A stretch of 64,000 nt of DNA from a virus (lineage: Duplodnaviria > Caudoviricetes), in the IMG/VR virus record IMGVR_UViG_3300029705_000009, one strand, 5' to 3'. Below, piece after piece: positions 8,765 through 20,020 of the stretch. The notes below the pieces were generated by a model. It saw only the letters and a program-made list of their open reading frames with translations, searched no databases and was not told the origin of the DNA. Position 1 is the stretch's first letter. Every line of letters starts with the position of its first letter. The position numbers and the translations under genes are program-made.

Positions 8765-10363
8765 ATGCAGTATGTAATTACAGAAACGGATAAAATTTTA
8801 ATTCTACAGCGTGATATCAAAAGAAAAATTCGTATTACCATCTTGTCACAAGATAAAAAGATTTTAGGTGTTTTAACTGGAATTCCACAGATTGGAGATT
8901 TCTCAGTTGATGCTGAATCAAATATAAGAAGAACAACATCTTTGGATATTAAATTGGATGATTTCTATAATGATATTGAGACAAAAATAGAGTCCTATTT
9001 AAATCTGGATTTTCTTCTAGAGGTGGGAATTTATAACGAACGTGAATCTGATTATCAGTATTATCGTATGGGTGTATTATGTATTACTACTGCCAACACC
9101 TCATATGATGCTGTAACTAATATATTGTCTATCAATCTGTCTGATGGTTTTGCAAAGTTTGACAATACAAGAAATGGACAGGTTGGCGGTGCTCCTATTA
9201 TTACCATTCCGGTTGATTATGATGGCGAAAAACTCACATTGAAGAATGCCATGATAAATGTTATAAAAGCAGAAACAACAATTAAGGACTATATCATTGA
9301 TGATGTTGGTGAATATTATGGTATGCCACAGAATAATGAAAATTATTTGGAGTACCGTGAAAAGAACCCTTTGTGGAATGTAATACCTTATGATCTGGAG
9401 TTCGCTGCTGGAAATACAGTTGAAGATATATTAGTTGAGGTAAGAGATTTATATCCAAATTGCCAGTTGTATTTTGACATATATAACAACTTGTGTTTTG
9501 ATATGATTCCGTCCAATAACAAGGCTCCTATCATGCTAAGTAATGATTATTTACAGAGTATTTTATTGGCAGACAGTTCTGAAGATGTTCAGTATGATAT
9601 CAGTGCTATTAAAAATGTAGTTGAGGTTTTTGGTAAAGTATATGATGTTGATCGGTTTTGTGAGACCTCTGATTTTTCTGAAAATGCTTATACTTTAACT
9701 ATGGATAATTTTGAGTCTTATGTGTCTTATGAAATGATAGCATTTACTGCTTCTGTTTCAAACGACTCTCCTGCTTATATTAATATAAACAGTATTGGAA
9801 ATATACCGTTGTATAAGGAATATACTGATGAATTTATAAGCTCTGGCACGATTGCAAAAGATGATATGGTTGTTGTAAAGGTAATGAAAAACAAAGATGG
9901 AAATTATATAGCTTATTACTTAGGACAATATCAGCCACACGCTTTGTGTGTGCTTACAGATGATGTAAATGACACGTATTATACAAAAGCTTTTTTTGCA
10001 GAAAGGTATAATTGTTTAGAAAAAAATATAGCCTTTGTAGAAGTTAAGAATAGTCCATTTTCTATTCAGAGATTGGGAATCATATTAGATAGCAAAACCG
10101 GGGACGAGTACGAAAACATCCTTTCAGATAGCGTTGCTTTAGACAATGCAAAATATATTATATACAAATCATCTGTATGGAGCGATGTAGTCACATTGAA
10201 CACAAAAATGCTCCCATGGTTGGATGTAAACATAAAAGTAGAATATAAAAAACAACAAGAAAATGATACATATATTTATATGGTAAAGAATATTTCTCAT
10301 AATTTTGAGAGCGGATCTTCTACTATCACAATGTATCGATTTTCTTCATTATATCAGGAGTAG
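8765..10363 (+). CDS. Baseplate hub/Tal-like protein (DUF5048-like), module A
   Basis: DAESNIRR, PYDLEF, PWLDVN motifs shared with 43588-44991. Confidence 0.75.
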   Translation: MQYVITETDKILILQRDIKRKIRITILSQDKKILGVLTGIPQIGDFSVDAESNIRRTTSLDIKLDDFYNDIETKIESYLNLDFLLEVGIYNERESDYQYYRMGVLCITTANTSYDAVTNILSINLSDGFAKFDNTRNGQVGGAPIITIPVDYDGEKLTLKNAMINVIKAETTIKDYIIDDVGEYYGMPQNNENYLEYREKNPLWNVIPYDLEFAAGNTVEDILVEVRDLYPNCQLYFDIYNNLCFDMIPSNNKAPIMLSNDYLQSILLADSSEDVQYDISAIKNVVEVFGKVYDVDRFCETSDFSENAYTLTMDNFESYVSYEMIAFTASVSNDSPAYININSIGNIPLYKEYTDEFISSGTIAKDDMVVVKVMKNKDGNYIAYYLGQYQPHALCVLTDDVNDTYYTKAFFAERYNCLEKNIAFVEVKNSPFSIQRLGIILDSKTGDEYENILSDSVALDNAKYIIYKSSVWSDVVTLNTKMLPWLDVNIKVEYKKQQENDTYIYMVKNISHNFESGSSTITMYRFSSLYQE

Positions 10364-10413
10364 GCACTTGCAAATGATTAGTGTCTACTCTTTTAAAATA
10401 CAGGAGGAAAACT

Positions 10414-10761
10414 ATGGCTAATTATTCAAAAGTGTTTGGAAGTCAATTTCCTGAAACTGTAATGGAGCTTACTGAATATAAAGACATTGGTGATGCTCCT
10501 GCAGCAATTCAGTCATTGGCACGTCAGTACTATACATATATGGAAAACGGCAATTATTCAATTGCTTCTACTATATTAAAAGAAAACTGGAATGATTTGG
10601 CACAGTATTATTTTAGCATGGATATGTTGAATAAATTGGAGGAAGAACTTTACAATGCACAAATTCACGCGTTAAAAAATAATGCCGTAATCATAGATAC
10701 GAAAGAACCCGATGCATCAATGTATACACATGCTACTCCGTGGTTAAAACCAATAGATTAA
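10414..10761 (+). CDS. Fibre-adaptor-like protein; homologous to the N-terminus of 45004-46500
   Basis: AGGAGG RBS; S.FP..V...D...YY.Y...G.......N.L.EE...AQ pattern. Confidence 0.65.
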   Translation: MANYSKVFGSQFPETVMELTEYKDIGDAPAAIQSLARQYYTYMENGNYSIASTILKENWNDLAQYYFSMDMLNKLEEELYNAQIHALKNNAVIIDTKEPDASMYTHATPWLKPID

Positions 10762-10773
10762 AGAGGTGATAAA

Positions 10774-11091
10774 ATGAGTGAATTAAACATTAATTTTGAA
10801 CCTCATGGTGATATTGCAATATCAAACGAAGAAACGGTGGCATTACACACCGACAATATAAAAAATAATTTATACACAGAAGCAAAGACTGTAGTTGAAA
10901 ATGATATTAACATGAATGGAAAGGGGCTTAGAGCTTCTTTTTTTAATGCCATAAATCATAAGATCCAGGAACTACAGATATATTTGCTTAACAAAACAGC
11001 CGCACCTTACGAATATTATTCTCTTACCGAACCCACAATTGAATTTATGGAGGAGAATGGTTATAAGTTTTGGATTCGGCCTATTGAGTAA
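10774..11091 (+). CDS. Second adaptor-like tail protein (paralog of 10414-10761)
   Basis: FNAINHKIQELQ...EP...W.RPIE resembles the preceding gene. Confidence 0.6.
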   Translation: MSELNINFEPHGDIAISNEETVALHTDNIKNNLYTEAKTVVENDINMNGKGLRASFFNAINHKIQELQIYLLNKTAAPYEYYSLTEPTIEFMEENGYKFWIRPIE

Positions 11092-11103
11092 AGGAGGGTA
11101 TTA

Positions 11104-11325
11104 ATGGCAATCTTATCAACTTTTAAAAGTTTTGAAAAATACATTCCGGTTGGTGGAAATTGGCAGTTAGTATCTGAGCGCACAAATGCAAAAGATATTA
11201 TTTTTAAAGATAATAAAAATTTAGAGACAAAATTGAATGGACTATCTTTTGTTGTCTTAACTCAGTCAGAATATGATTCGTTAAGAACAAAAGATTCTTC
11301 TACTCTATATATCACTTACGATTAA
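11104..11325 (+). CDS. Small tail-fibre-associated protein
   Basis: C-terminal VVLTQSEYDSL.TKDSSTLY.T motif typical of phage fibre trimer segments. Confidence 0.65.
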   Translation: MAILSTFKSFEKYIPVGGNWQLVSERTNAKDIIFKDNKNLETKLNGLSFVVLTQSEYDSLRTKDSSTLYITYD

Positions 11326-11339
11326 TGAGGTGATTAAGA

Positions 11340-12812
11340 ATGTTACAAACACACAATAAAAAATCAAAAGTCTTTTTAGGAAATATAAAAGTTAAAAAGG
11401 CTTATATAGGTTCCAGAAGAGTTTATTCTGCTGGAAATATAGCAACATATTATGTTGACACGGGAAAAGTTTATAGCGAAGAAGTAGACAGCGATGCTTC
11501 ATGCTTATCTCCAACTACTTTTACACCAACTAAATCTGGATGGACATTTGTAGGATGGCGCGAAGATAAAACTGCTAATAGTTCTGTACTATCTAAAAAG
11601 ATTATGGATGATGAGTCAGTCACTTTATATGCAGTATTTAAGCAGAATGTTTCTGTGAACTGGTATAGTTCTTCTGCCACTGCGTTTGAAACGAAACAGA
11701 GATATTACAATAACGGAAATATCGCTAATCCTTCGTTTTCCAGAACAATTTCAGCTATTAGTGGTTGGAATATAATTGGTTGGAGTACAAATGCAACAAC
11801 GGATGACACCTATGATTATAGAAGTGGTGGAACATTTACTCGTGATAGTAGTGTTAATTTGTATGCTAAGTATAATCGAGCTATTACTGTTACATATTAT
11901 GATAATAGCGCATCGGCAAAATATGTTTATGGTACAAGATATTATACTCCACATAATGGCAATTATAATGATCCTTCATTTGAAATGTGGCAGAGTATAT
12001 TCGATGGATGGGAAGCATTAGGATGGGCTACAGAGTCTACCGCTGCTGATAATCCTATCGTATATAATAATGGCGAAATTATAAAGCCATCAGAAAACTT
12101 AACGCTATATGGCAGGTATAGACAGAGTGTTACTCTTACATGTGTGGCAAATGGTTCAAGTGTACAGCATAATCAATATAAACATTATAATGCTCCTGAT
12201 AAATATGACAGTGCGTTGTTTACTGTGCCCAATCCATCAAAGAGTGGGGCTACATTCCTCGGATGGAGTGTTACTGCTGGTAATAGTACTGTGACTTATA
12301 ATACATTTAGCAATGTTGAAGTAAATAGTAACAAGACTTTATATGCAGTTTATACATACAACGATGTGACACTTAAATCTTCCTCTGAGGTTGTATATCA
12401 GCATCAGTCATTTGAAGATGCCACATTATCACATACTATTCTGAGTGGTATTGATGGTACGAAGTATTCTTCACTGAGTGTTACAGTAAGAGCTTGGGAA
12501 CTTGTATGTGCACAATGGGCTGCTGCTTGTCACGCATATACAAATTTGAAAGTGATGTCAGGTTCTACGGAAGTTTCCGCAAAGTGTTTAAGATATGTAT
12601 GCACTTGGCTTATATATACACCTGAAGGACAGGAAGCAGAACAAGATGAACAAAGTGGTTATCCTTGTACAAATGGTGCAACAGCTACTGTAACTTTGGG
12701 TCTGAATAATACTACGGGGCAGAGTTTGAAGTTAATGTACGAAACTGACGTATTTGAAGCTAGTACATCAGTATATGCAATAACTGCAAAAGGACGTACA
12801 GTTGTAGGTTAA
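11340..12812 (+). CDS. Tail adhesin with InlB B-repeat (Listeria-Bacteroides repeat)-like domains
   Basis: Repeated P.KSG.TF.GW...TLYAV units. Confidence 0.7.
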   Translation: MLQTHNKKSKVFLGNIKVKKAYIGSRRVYSAGNIATYYVDTGKVYSEEVDSDASCLSPTTFTPTKSGWTFVGWREDKTANSSVLSKKIMDDESVTLYAVFKQNVSVNWYSSSATAFETKQRYYNNGNIANPSFSRTISAISGWNIIGWSTNATTDDTYDYRSGGTFTRDSSVNLYAKYNRAITVTYYDNSASAKYVYGTRYYTPHNGNYNDPSFEMWQSIFDGWEALGWATESTAADNPIVYNNGEIIKPSENLTLYGRYRQSVTLTCVANGSSVQHNQYKHYNAPDKYDSALFTVPNPSKSGATFLGWSVTAGNSTVTYNTFSNVEVNSNKTLYAVYTYNDVTLKSSSEVVYQHQSFEDATLSHTILSGIDGTKYSSLSVTVRAWELVCAQWAAACHAYTNLKVMSGSTEVSAKCLRYVCTWLIYTPEGQEAEQDEQSGYPCTNGATATVTLGLNNTTGQSLKLMYETDVFEASTSVYAITAKGRTVVG

Positions 12813-12830
12813 AACAAAATATACATTTTA

Positions 12831-12866
12831 TAGAGCCAGATACTTAGCTACTGGCTCTTATTATTT
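12831..12866 (+). terminator. Intrinsic terminator-like hairpin
   Basis: AGAGCCAG...CTGGCTCT then T-rich. Confidence 0.6.
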
Positions 12867-12896
12867 TAAAAATACAAAGGAAGGAGAAAATCAAAA

Positions 12897-15800
12897 ATGG
12901 CAAATTTTTCAGATTTACTGGCATCTAAACAAGCAAGTTTGGCTGCTACCGTAGCTACTCCAATGATGCTTTCTTTAGATGATGGTATTGCTGTAGCTTC
13001 CGTTGAAGAATCTTTCCAGAAATCAGATAAGTATTTGTGGTACGACGAATACTTTGATGATGAATATTCTATTATAGATAAACAGAAAAATATTACTATT
13101 AGTCCTAACCAAGTCAATCTTACTCAGGAAGAAAATAGCCAGGTTATTCCTTTTCAGTTAGATAGATTTTATGACGGCATGGACTTAATGAAAATGTTCA
13201 TTACGGTTTATTACGTTAATGAAGACGGACAAGATGCGGAACGTCCCGTAGTAAATGTTCGATACAGTGAGTCACAGATTAGATTTTACTGGCTTTTAGA
13301 TGGTTCTGCCACGGCACTTGCTGGAAAGTTAAAGCTGGAAATAAGAGCTGTCGGCGTCAATGAAAAAGGCGAAAAATATAGATGGTGCACTAAAACCAAT
13401 GAAGAGGTTAGTATTATTGAGTCACTGTCTGGTAATGGAACTATTGAACCTGGCGAAGGTTGGAGTACATATCTTGAATTGATCAATGAGAAAGTGTTAC
13501 AAGCACAAGCTGCTGCAGATGAGGCAAAAGCCGCTGCAGAAGAAGCGTCTCAGGTTATTACTGAAGTAGACACTAAAATTAATAACGCATCTACTACAAT
13601 TACAAATCAGGTTTTGAATGAAATATCTTCCACTCTTTTGAACTTCTATACCAAAGATGAAGTTGATAATTTGCTGGCAAATATTGATATTTCTAGCCAA
13701 TTAGATGGCTTAACTACTCGTGTTGGTGACTTAGAAACAGAGTTTGAGAATTTTGATGGTTTGGCAAATCTGTCCTTTACGTATGACAAGGACACCAGAA
13801 CTTTGATTGCTTATAATGGCGAGGAAGTCATTGGTGAAGAAATTGTGCTTAATTCTGATCCTACTGCTGAGTGGGTTACTGTATATGATGCAAAAGTTGA
13901 TGGTAAGATTGCTACTGCTATTGAGCCTATTCAGAAAGATTTGAATGAATATAAGACACAGACAGATGCTGACTTGCAGAGCATTCATGATAATATTGAT
14001 AATCTTCCATCCACTCTGGAATCTGATTATTACAACAAGGCCTCTATTGATGGTCTTCTTGCGAATAAAGCAAATACTACTGCGTTGAATGATCTCAGTA
14101 CAAAAGTTACTACTGTTGAAACAACTGCTAATACCAATAAAGATAATATTTCTACTATCGGTAACAAGGTTGCTGAATTGGAAGAAACCCTTGGTGGTAT
14201 GAATCAGAATCAGCAATATACTTATGACGTAAAATATAACGATCCTGAAGATGCAGATGTAGGTGAAAATGTTTTTGCATTTTATGAAATTCAGAACGAA
14301 GGCCAGGAAAACGAAGTTAGAGAAATCAAACAGAAGTTTACCATTGTTGGTGGTTCTGGCGCTTCATCTACAAGTAGTTCTTTGAAGATTGAATATGTAA
14401 CAAAAACTCCTTTAGTAGTAACTGTAGATGATAAAGCAGAAATCACTTTTAAATTCTCTGGCACAGACTCTTCTGGAGATGATGTGTTAGAAGGTCAGGC
14501 TACATGGAAAGTTGCCGGTAATGTTGTAGCTACAAGTACTGTTGTTAATGGAGAAAACACTTTTGACATTACTGATTATTTAACTATTGGTACTCAGAAA
14601 GTACAATTAGCTGTAACAGATGACGCTGGCAGCTTAGTTACTAAGAACTGGACTGTACAGAAAATTGATGTTCGTATTGAATCTACTTTTAATGACAAAT
14701 TAACTTATCCTCTCGGAACAGTATCATTTGATTATACTCCTTTTGGAGCTATTTCTAAAGAGGTACACTTTATTCTTGATGGAAAAGAAATTGGAACTGT
14801 AAATACTTCTGCTTCCGGTATTCCTATGGGATATACTCTTCCTTCTCAGAATCATGGTGCTCATCTGTTAGAAGTATATATGACTGCAGAGATTAATAAC
14901 AATACAATTGAATCCAATCATATTGTAAAAGATATTATCTGGTATGATGCAACAAGTACTGTTCCGGTAATTGGTTGTGTACAGCAGAACTTTACTGCTA
15001 GACAGTATGATACAACTAATATTACTTATACAGTATACGATCCTAAGACAGAAACTCCTGAAGTTGTATTGGCTGTTGACGGAGAAGTTGTTTCTACATT
15101 GACACTTGATAGCAATACACAGATTTGGCAGTTCAAAACATCCGAAATCGGTGATCACGTTCTTACTATTACATGTGGAGAAACTGTTAAGACATTAAAT
15201 GTAAAAGTCGAAAAACTGAATATTAACGTTGAACCAGTAACTGCTGGTCTTGTAGTTGACTTTAATCCTGTTGGTAAATCTAATAGTGATGCTGACAGAG
15301 TATGGTCAAACGATGATTATGCAATGACCGTATCTGATAATTTTGACTGGGTTAACGGTGGTTATCAGATTGATAAAAACGGAGATCAGTACTTCTGTAT
15401 CAAGGCAGGAACATCTGCCGAAATCAATTACCAGATGTTTGCAGACGATGCAAAACGTAATGGTAAAGAAATGAAGCTTATCTTCAGAACAACTAATGTT
15501 CAGCAAGCTAACGCTCAGTTTATGTCATGTATTGATAATACAACTGGTAGCGACCATATAGGTATTGAGATGTTTGCTCATGAAGCATTTATTTATGGTT
15601 CTGCTGACAAACTTAATCTGAAGTATTCTGAGGAAGATATTATTGAATTTGAGTTCAATATCACAAAGAATACAGAAAGTGTTACCGAGATTTGTGGTTA
15701 TGAAGACGGTGTTGCTACAAGACATTTAGTATATGATGACTCATTTAGTTTCACACAGTCTACGCCTAAAGTAATTACATTGGGTTCTGACAAGTGTGAT

Positions 15801-18800
15801 TTACATATTTATAGACTTAAAGTTTATAATACTTCTCTTACAGATAGAGGTATTCTGAATAACTTTATTGCAGATGCAAGAAACGCAACAGAGATGATTG
15901 CTCGTTATGATCGTAATCAGATTTATGACGAGAACCAGAGTCTTACACCGGAAATTCTTGCAGAGAAATGTCCTTGGTTAAGGGTTTATGTTGTTTCTGC
16001 TCCTTATTTCACTAATAAGAAGAGTGATAAAGTTCCTTATACAACAATCAGACAGATTTATAAGAACGGTGATCCTGTTTTAGATAACTGGGTTTGTTAT
16101 GATTGTTCTCATAGTGGCCAGGGTACATCATCTGACAACTATGGTGCTTCCGCTAGAAACCTTGATTTTATTATGAACAAATCTCAGCGTGAAGGAGTTA
16201 AACCTTATTTCATTCTTGGTGATGGAAAAACTAGAGCAGAAAAAGTGTCTTTAACAAGAACTTCTATTCCTAACGCTTATTTCAACTTTAAGGCAAACGT
16301 TGCATCTTCTAATCATTTCACAAATGCAAAACTTGCTAAGAGATATAATGAATTTAATCCTTATACTCTTCCATATGTAAGAGAAGACGAATCAATTATT
16401 GATTACATTAAAACAACAATGGAATTCCATAATGCAGTTGTATTTATCCAAGAAACTGATACAGATTTAAGTACACATAGAGAGTTTGCAGATAATCTGG
16501 TACATTTCTATAGTATTGGTAATATTGGCGACTCTAAGAAAACAGATAAGTCTCGACTTGTAGATCCTACTGATAGATATGAATGTATTAATGAAATTTG
16601 CGACGTTGAACTTCCTCTCTCTGATTGGCCTAATACTCCCGAAGCTTTTGCTGCTCTTGAGGCAGAAAAATTTGATAAATCCGGTTCTTATGAATGGAGA
16701 TATATTTGGGAAGATGGAACCGATGAAGAGAATGCAGAGGTAAAAGAATATTGTAAGCAGAAATGGATTGAAATGTATAGATTTGTTGTTGAATCTTCTG
16801 ATGAAGAATTCAAGGCAAACTTCGGTAATTATTTTGTTCTTGATTCTGTATTGTATTATTATCTCTTTACAACCCGTTATTGTATGGTGGATAACAGAGC
16901 GAAGAACCTGTTCTTCGGTTATGCAAAGACTGGCGAAGTAGATACAGAGGGAAATCCTATCCGTAAATGGCACTTAGCATATGGATATGACATGGATTCA
17001 TCAATGTCTCTTAATAACTATGGTAACTCTGTATATCGTCATGGTTATGAAGATACAGATACTTTAGACGGAACAAACGAAGAAGTATTCCGTGAATCTG
17101 ATTCAACATTCTTCTGTCGTGTACGTGATTTATTTGAAGATGAATTAAAAGAGATGTATAACACTCTTGAGTCTAAGAATGCATGGCATGCAGAAAGTTT
17201 CTTGAATGAAATTGAAACATGGCAGAAACAGTTCCCCGAAGAACTTTGGAGACTTGACTGTCAGAGAAAATATATCCGTACTGTAAATGAATCTTTCGTT
17301 AGTGGTGCTGGTGATCCTCAGTATATTAAGAATATGGCACAGGGTAGAATGATGTATCCCGTAAAACAATGGGAACGTAGCCAAGAAGCTTATATGGCAT
17401 CTAAGTATCAGTCTTCTGTTGCTTCTTCTGATAATGCAGTACTTCGTTGTACGGTTCCTACTGGAGATTTAGTTGTTCCACCTAATTATAGATTAAAATT
17501 AACACCTTATGACTATATGTATTTGAATGTAAAGTATGGTACATTAGAGCCTATTCAGGTAAGAGCGGTTCCGGGTGTTCAGTATGAAATACCGTTTGAA
17601 GGTAGTTCTGTAGATATTCTTGATATTTTCAGTGCATCTAGAATTCAGGATTTAGGAGACTTATCTTCTACTTATCCCGCAACTGTTGACACTGCAAAGG
17701 CAACTCGATTGAAAGAACTTCACATTGGTAATTCTACTGAAGGTTATGATAATCCATATCTTACCACTATGACCCTTGGTGCAAATTATCTGCTTGAAGT
17801 ATTGAACGTTGAGAACGTATCTGGTCTTACACAGGCACTTAATCTTTCTGCTTTGAATAATCTTCGTGAGTTATATGCTCATGGTACAAATGCCGGTGGT
17901 GTTACATTCGCAAATGGTGGTGCTATTCAGATTGCAGAGCTTCCAGCTATTACAGCTATGAGTGCGAAGAATCTTGCTTATCTTACCAATCTCGATGTTA
18001 CATCTTATGATAAATTAACAACACTGACAATTGAAAACTGTTCTACTATTGATGCTCTTAATATCTTTGAACTTGCATCCAATCTGAACAGAGTAAGAAT
18101 TACTGGCATTGATTGGATTCTTACAGATACTGATATTCTGGATAGAATTTATGGTATGGCTGGTATTGACCTTAATGGTTATAACTCAACCCAGTCTGTA
18201 CTTGCTGGTAAGGTACATGTACCCGTTATTCGTCAGCAAAAACTGTATGATTACAGAGCTGCTTGGTCTGATCTGGAAATCACATTTGACACCATGATTG
18301 AACAGTATCCTGTAACATTTATGAATGCTGATGGTACTATATTAGAAGTTCAGTATGTAGATAAGGGTAAACATGCTGTGGATCCTACCACTAGAGCAGA
18401 AAACCCCATCTCTCCTACTATTCCTAGTACCGTAAGTCACGATTTTACATTTGCTGGTTGGGATTCCAGTCTGACAGATGTATTTAGTGCAAGAACTATT
18501 ACTGCAACTTATACCGAATCATTAAGAAGATACACTATTAAATATGTTTCTAAAGGTATAACACTGCAAGAGTCTACTGGTCTGTATGGTGAGAATGTTC
18601 CTTATACCGGATCTGTTCCCACTTATACCGGAGAAGAATCTGGATATGTATACCATTTGTTTAACAGATGGGATAAGTCTGGTTTTATTGATGGTGAAAA
18701 GACCGTTACTGCTATTTTCGACAGATTTGAGTACACTTCTACTGCTTTCGCTGGAAAAGACCTTAAAGATTTATCTCCTGTTCAGATTTACGCAATGAAC

Positions 18801-19976
18801 AAACTTGGTTTGGCTGAGAGTATTATTACAGATAAAGATCCTTATACAATTATTATAGGCAATGATGTTGATTATGATGATATTGAATCTGAGTTGTTAA
18901 TTTCTGAAAAGACTTACTTTAATGGAAATAATCACGTTGATACAGGTATCAAGTTATTTGAAGAGGATAAGGATTTCGTTATTGCAATTGACTATGAATT
19001 CTTAGATGGCAATAAGGCAAATGCTGTATTAGCACAGTGCTTCCAAGCAAATGGTACTAACGGTTTCAAACTTTGGTACAGTAACAGTAGTGATTACACC
19101 GGAGCGAAACTGACATGGGGTACTGCATCTGATAATGTTGTTGCAGCAAATAAACGTGAAATCATCGTTATCCGTCACCAGAAGGGCAACAATAATCTTG
19201 TTATTTATAAATCTAATCTGGATGGCAACAGTGTGCTAAGTTCTACTTTGACAAGAACCAAGACAACTACTGGTACAGGTACATTGGTATTTGGTTCTGC
19301 TAGAGCGGATGATGGCATATATGAAAATCATGCCATTGGTAATATTAACTGGGCAAAGATTTGGTATAAAGATTTAGGTGATGATGTTTGTCAGTCACTG
19401 GCAATGTGGACACATGAATCTATTACACTTGAAGCTTGTGGCTTTAGAAAATATTACTTGTCCAATAACACATCCAAGAGATGTACATTCAGTTTGTTGG
19501 CCTCTCATCTGTTAGGTAGAACAAGCAAGTGGAACAACTCTAATGTAAATAGCGGCGGTTGGGCTAATTCCTCATTGAATACTTCTCTGAATACCAGATT
19601 GTATAATGCTATGCCTAATCAGATTAGACAGCTACTTCAGCAAGTAATTGTATACTCTTCTGTTGGTAATATGTCTACAGAATTGAGTTCTTCCAATTGT
19701 TATATTACAATTCCGGCACTTATTGAAGTAGATTCTACCAAGAACACAGAACCATATAACAGTGAAGGAACAGCTATTTCATATATGAATACCAACGCTT
19801 CTAGAAAACGTGCATTTGATGGCGGTGATTATTATGGTTATTGGTTGCGCTCTCCTAATACAGGTTACGCGAACTATATCTGGCGTGTTGATAAAACCGG
19901 TTCTGTGGAAGGAATAACCAATGCGTCTGGTCACGATGGTAAGCCTTTAGGAGTGTTGATTGAAATTTCATTTTAA
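12897..19976 (+). CDS. Giant (2359 aa) virion adhesin: BppU-like N-terminus, coiled coil, Ig/ConA-like domains, CotH-kinase-like domain, LRR, B-repeats, DUF6273-like C-terminus
   Basis: RFYDGMDL..ATALAGKLKLEIRAVG; VDNRAKNLF...YDMDS; LKELHIG/LRELYA LRR units; FTFAGWD; GGWANSSL...YWLRSP. Confidence 0.75.
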   Translation: MANFSDLLASKQASLAATVATPMMLSLDDGIAVASVEESFQKSDKYLWYDEYFDDEYSIIDKQKNITISPNQVNLTQEENSQVIPFQLDRFYDGMDLMKMFITVYYVNEDGQDAERPVVNVRYSESQIRFYWLLDGSATALAGKLKLEIRAVGVNEKGEKYRWCTKTNEEVSIIESLSGNGTIEPGEGWSTYLELINEKVLQAQAAADEAKAAAEEASQVITEVDTKINNASTTITNQVLNEISSTLLNFYTKDEVDNLLANIDISSQLDGLTTRVGDLETEFENFDGLANLSFTYDKDTRTLIAYNGEEVIGEEIVLNSDPTAEWVTVYDAKVDGKIATAIEPIQKDLNEYKTQTDADLQSIHDNIDNLPSTLESDYYNKASIDGLLANKANTTALNDLSTKVTTVETTANTNKDNISTIGNKVAELEETLGGMNQNQQYTYDVKYNDPEDADVGENVFAFYEIQNEGQENEVREIKQKFTIVGGSGASSTSSSLKIEYVTKTPLVVTVDDKAEITFKFSGTDSSGDDVLEGQATWKVAGNVVATSTVVNGENTFDITDYLTIGTQKVQLAVTDDAGSLVTKNWTVQKIDVRIESTFNDKLTYPLGTVSFDYTPFGAISKEVHFILDGKEIGTVNTSASGIPMGYTLPSQNHGAHLLEVYMTAEINNNTIESNHIVKDIIWYDATSTVPVIGCVQQNFTARQYDTTNITYTVYDPKTETPEVVLAVDGEVVSTLTLDSNTQIWQFKTSEIGDHVLTITCGETVKTLNVKVEKLNINVEPVTAGLVVDFNPVGKSNSDADRVWSNDDYAMTVSDNFDWVNGGYQIDKNGDQYFCIKAGTSAEINYQMFADDAKRNGKEMKLIFRTTNVQQANAQFMSCIDNTTGSDHIGIEMFAHEAFIYGSADKLNLKYSEEDIIEFEFNITKNTESVTEICGYEDGVATRHLVYDDSFSFTQSTPKVITLGSDKCDLHIYRLKVYNTSLTDRGILNNFIADARNATEMIARYDRNQIYDENQSLTPEILAEKCPWLRVYVVSAPYFTNKKSDKVPYTTIRQIYKNGDPVLDNWVCYDCSHSGQGTSSDNYGASARNLDFIMNKSQREGVKPYFILGDGKTRAEKVSLTRTSIPNAYFNFKANVASSNHFTNAKLAKRYNEFNPYTLPYVREDESIIDYIKTTMEFHNAVVFIQETDTDLSTHREFADNLVHFYSIGNIGDSKKTDKSRLVDPTDRYECINEICDVELPLSDWPNTPEAFAALEAEKFDKSGSYEWRYIWEDGTDEENAEVKEYCKQKWIEMYRFVVESSDEEFKANFGNYFVLDSVLYYYLFTTRYCMVDNRAKNLFFGYAKTGEVDTEGNPIRKWHLAYGYDMDSSMSLNNYGNSVYRHGYEDTDTLDGTNEEVFRESDSTFFCRVRDLFEDELKEMYNTLESKNAWHAESFLNEIETWQKQFPEELWRLDCQRKYIRTVNESFVSGAGDPQYIKNMAQGRMMYPVKQWERSQEAYMASKYQSSVASSDNAVLRCTVPTGDLVVPPNYRLKLTPYDYMYLNVKYGTLEPIQVRAVPGVQYEIPFEGSSVDILDIFSASRIQDLGDLSSTYPATVDTAKATRLKELHIGNSTEGYDNPYLTTMTLGANYLLEVLNVENVSGLTQALNLSALNNLRELYAHGTNAGGVTFANGGAIQIAELPAITAMSAKNLAYLTNLDVTSYDKLTTLTIENCSTIDALNIFELASNLNRVRITGIDWILTDTDILDRIYGMAGIDLNGYNSTQSVLAGKVHVPVIRQQKLYDYRAAWSDLEITFDTMIEQYPVTFMNADGTILEVQYVDKGKHAVDPTTRAENPISPTIPSTVSHDFTFAGWDSSLTDVFSARTITATYTESLRRYTIKYVSKGITLQESTGLYGENVPYTGSVPTYTGEESGYVYHLFNRWDKSGFIDGEKTVTAIFDRFEYTSTAFAGKDLKDLSPVQIYAMNKLGLAESIITDKDPYTIIIGNDVDYDDIESELLISEKTYFNGNNHVDTGIKLFEEDKDFVIAIDYEFLDGNKANAVLAQCFQANGTNGFKLWYSNSSDYTGAKLTWGTASDNVVAANKREIIVIRHQKGNNNLVIYKSNLDGNSVLSSTLTRTKTTTGTGTLVFGSARADDGIYENHAIGNINWAKIWYKDLGDDVCQSLAMWTHESITLEACGFRKYYLSNNTSKRCTFSLLASHLLGRTSKWNNSNVNSGGWANSSLNTSLNTRLYNAMPNQIRQLLQQVIVYSSVGNMSTELSSSNCYITIPALIEVDSTKNTEPYNSEGTAISYMNTNASRKRAFDGGDYYGYWLRSPNTGYANYIWRVDKTGSVEGITNASGHDGKPLGVLIEISF

Positions 19977-19980
19977 ATTA

Positions 19981-20008
19981 TAGAGGGTAGATTTTCTACC
20001 CTCTTTTA
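19981..20008 (+). terminator. Hairpin
   Basis: AGAGGGTAG-ATTTT-CTACCCTCT-TTT. Confidence 0.6.
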
Positions 20009-20020
20009 CGAGGTGATAAA

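Noticed and set aside
19400-19976. DGR variable region in the DUF6273-like C-terminus
   Set aside because: No template repeat or reverse transcriptase seen in this window; could exist elsewhere in the genome
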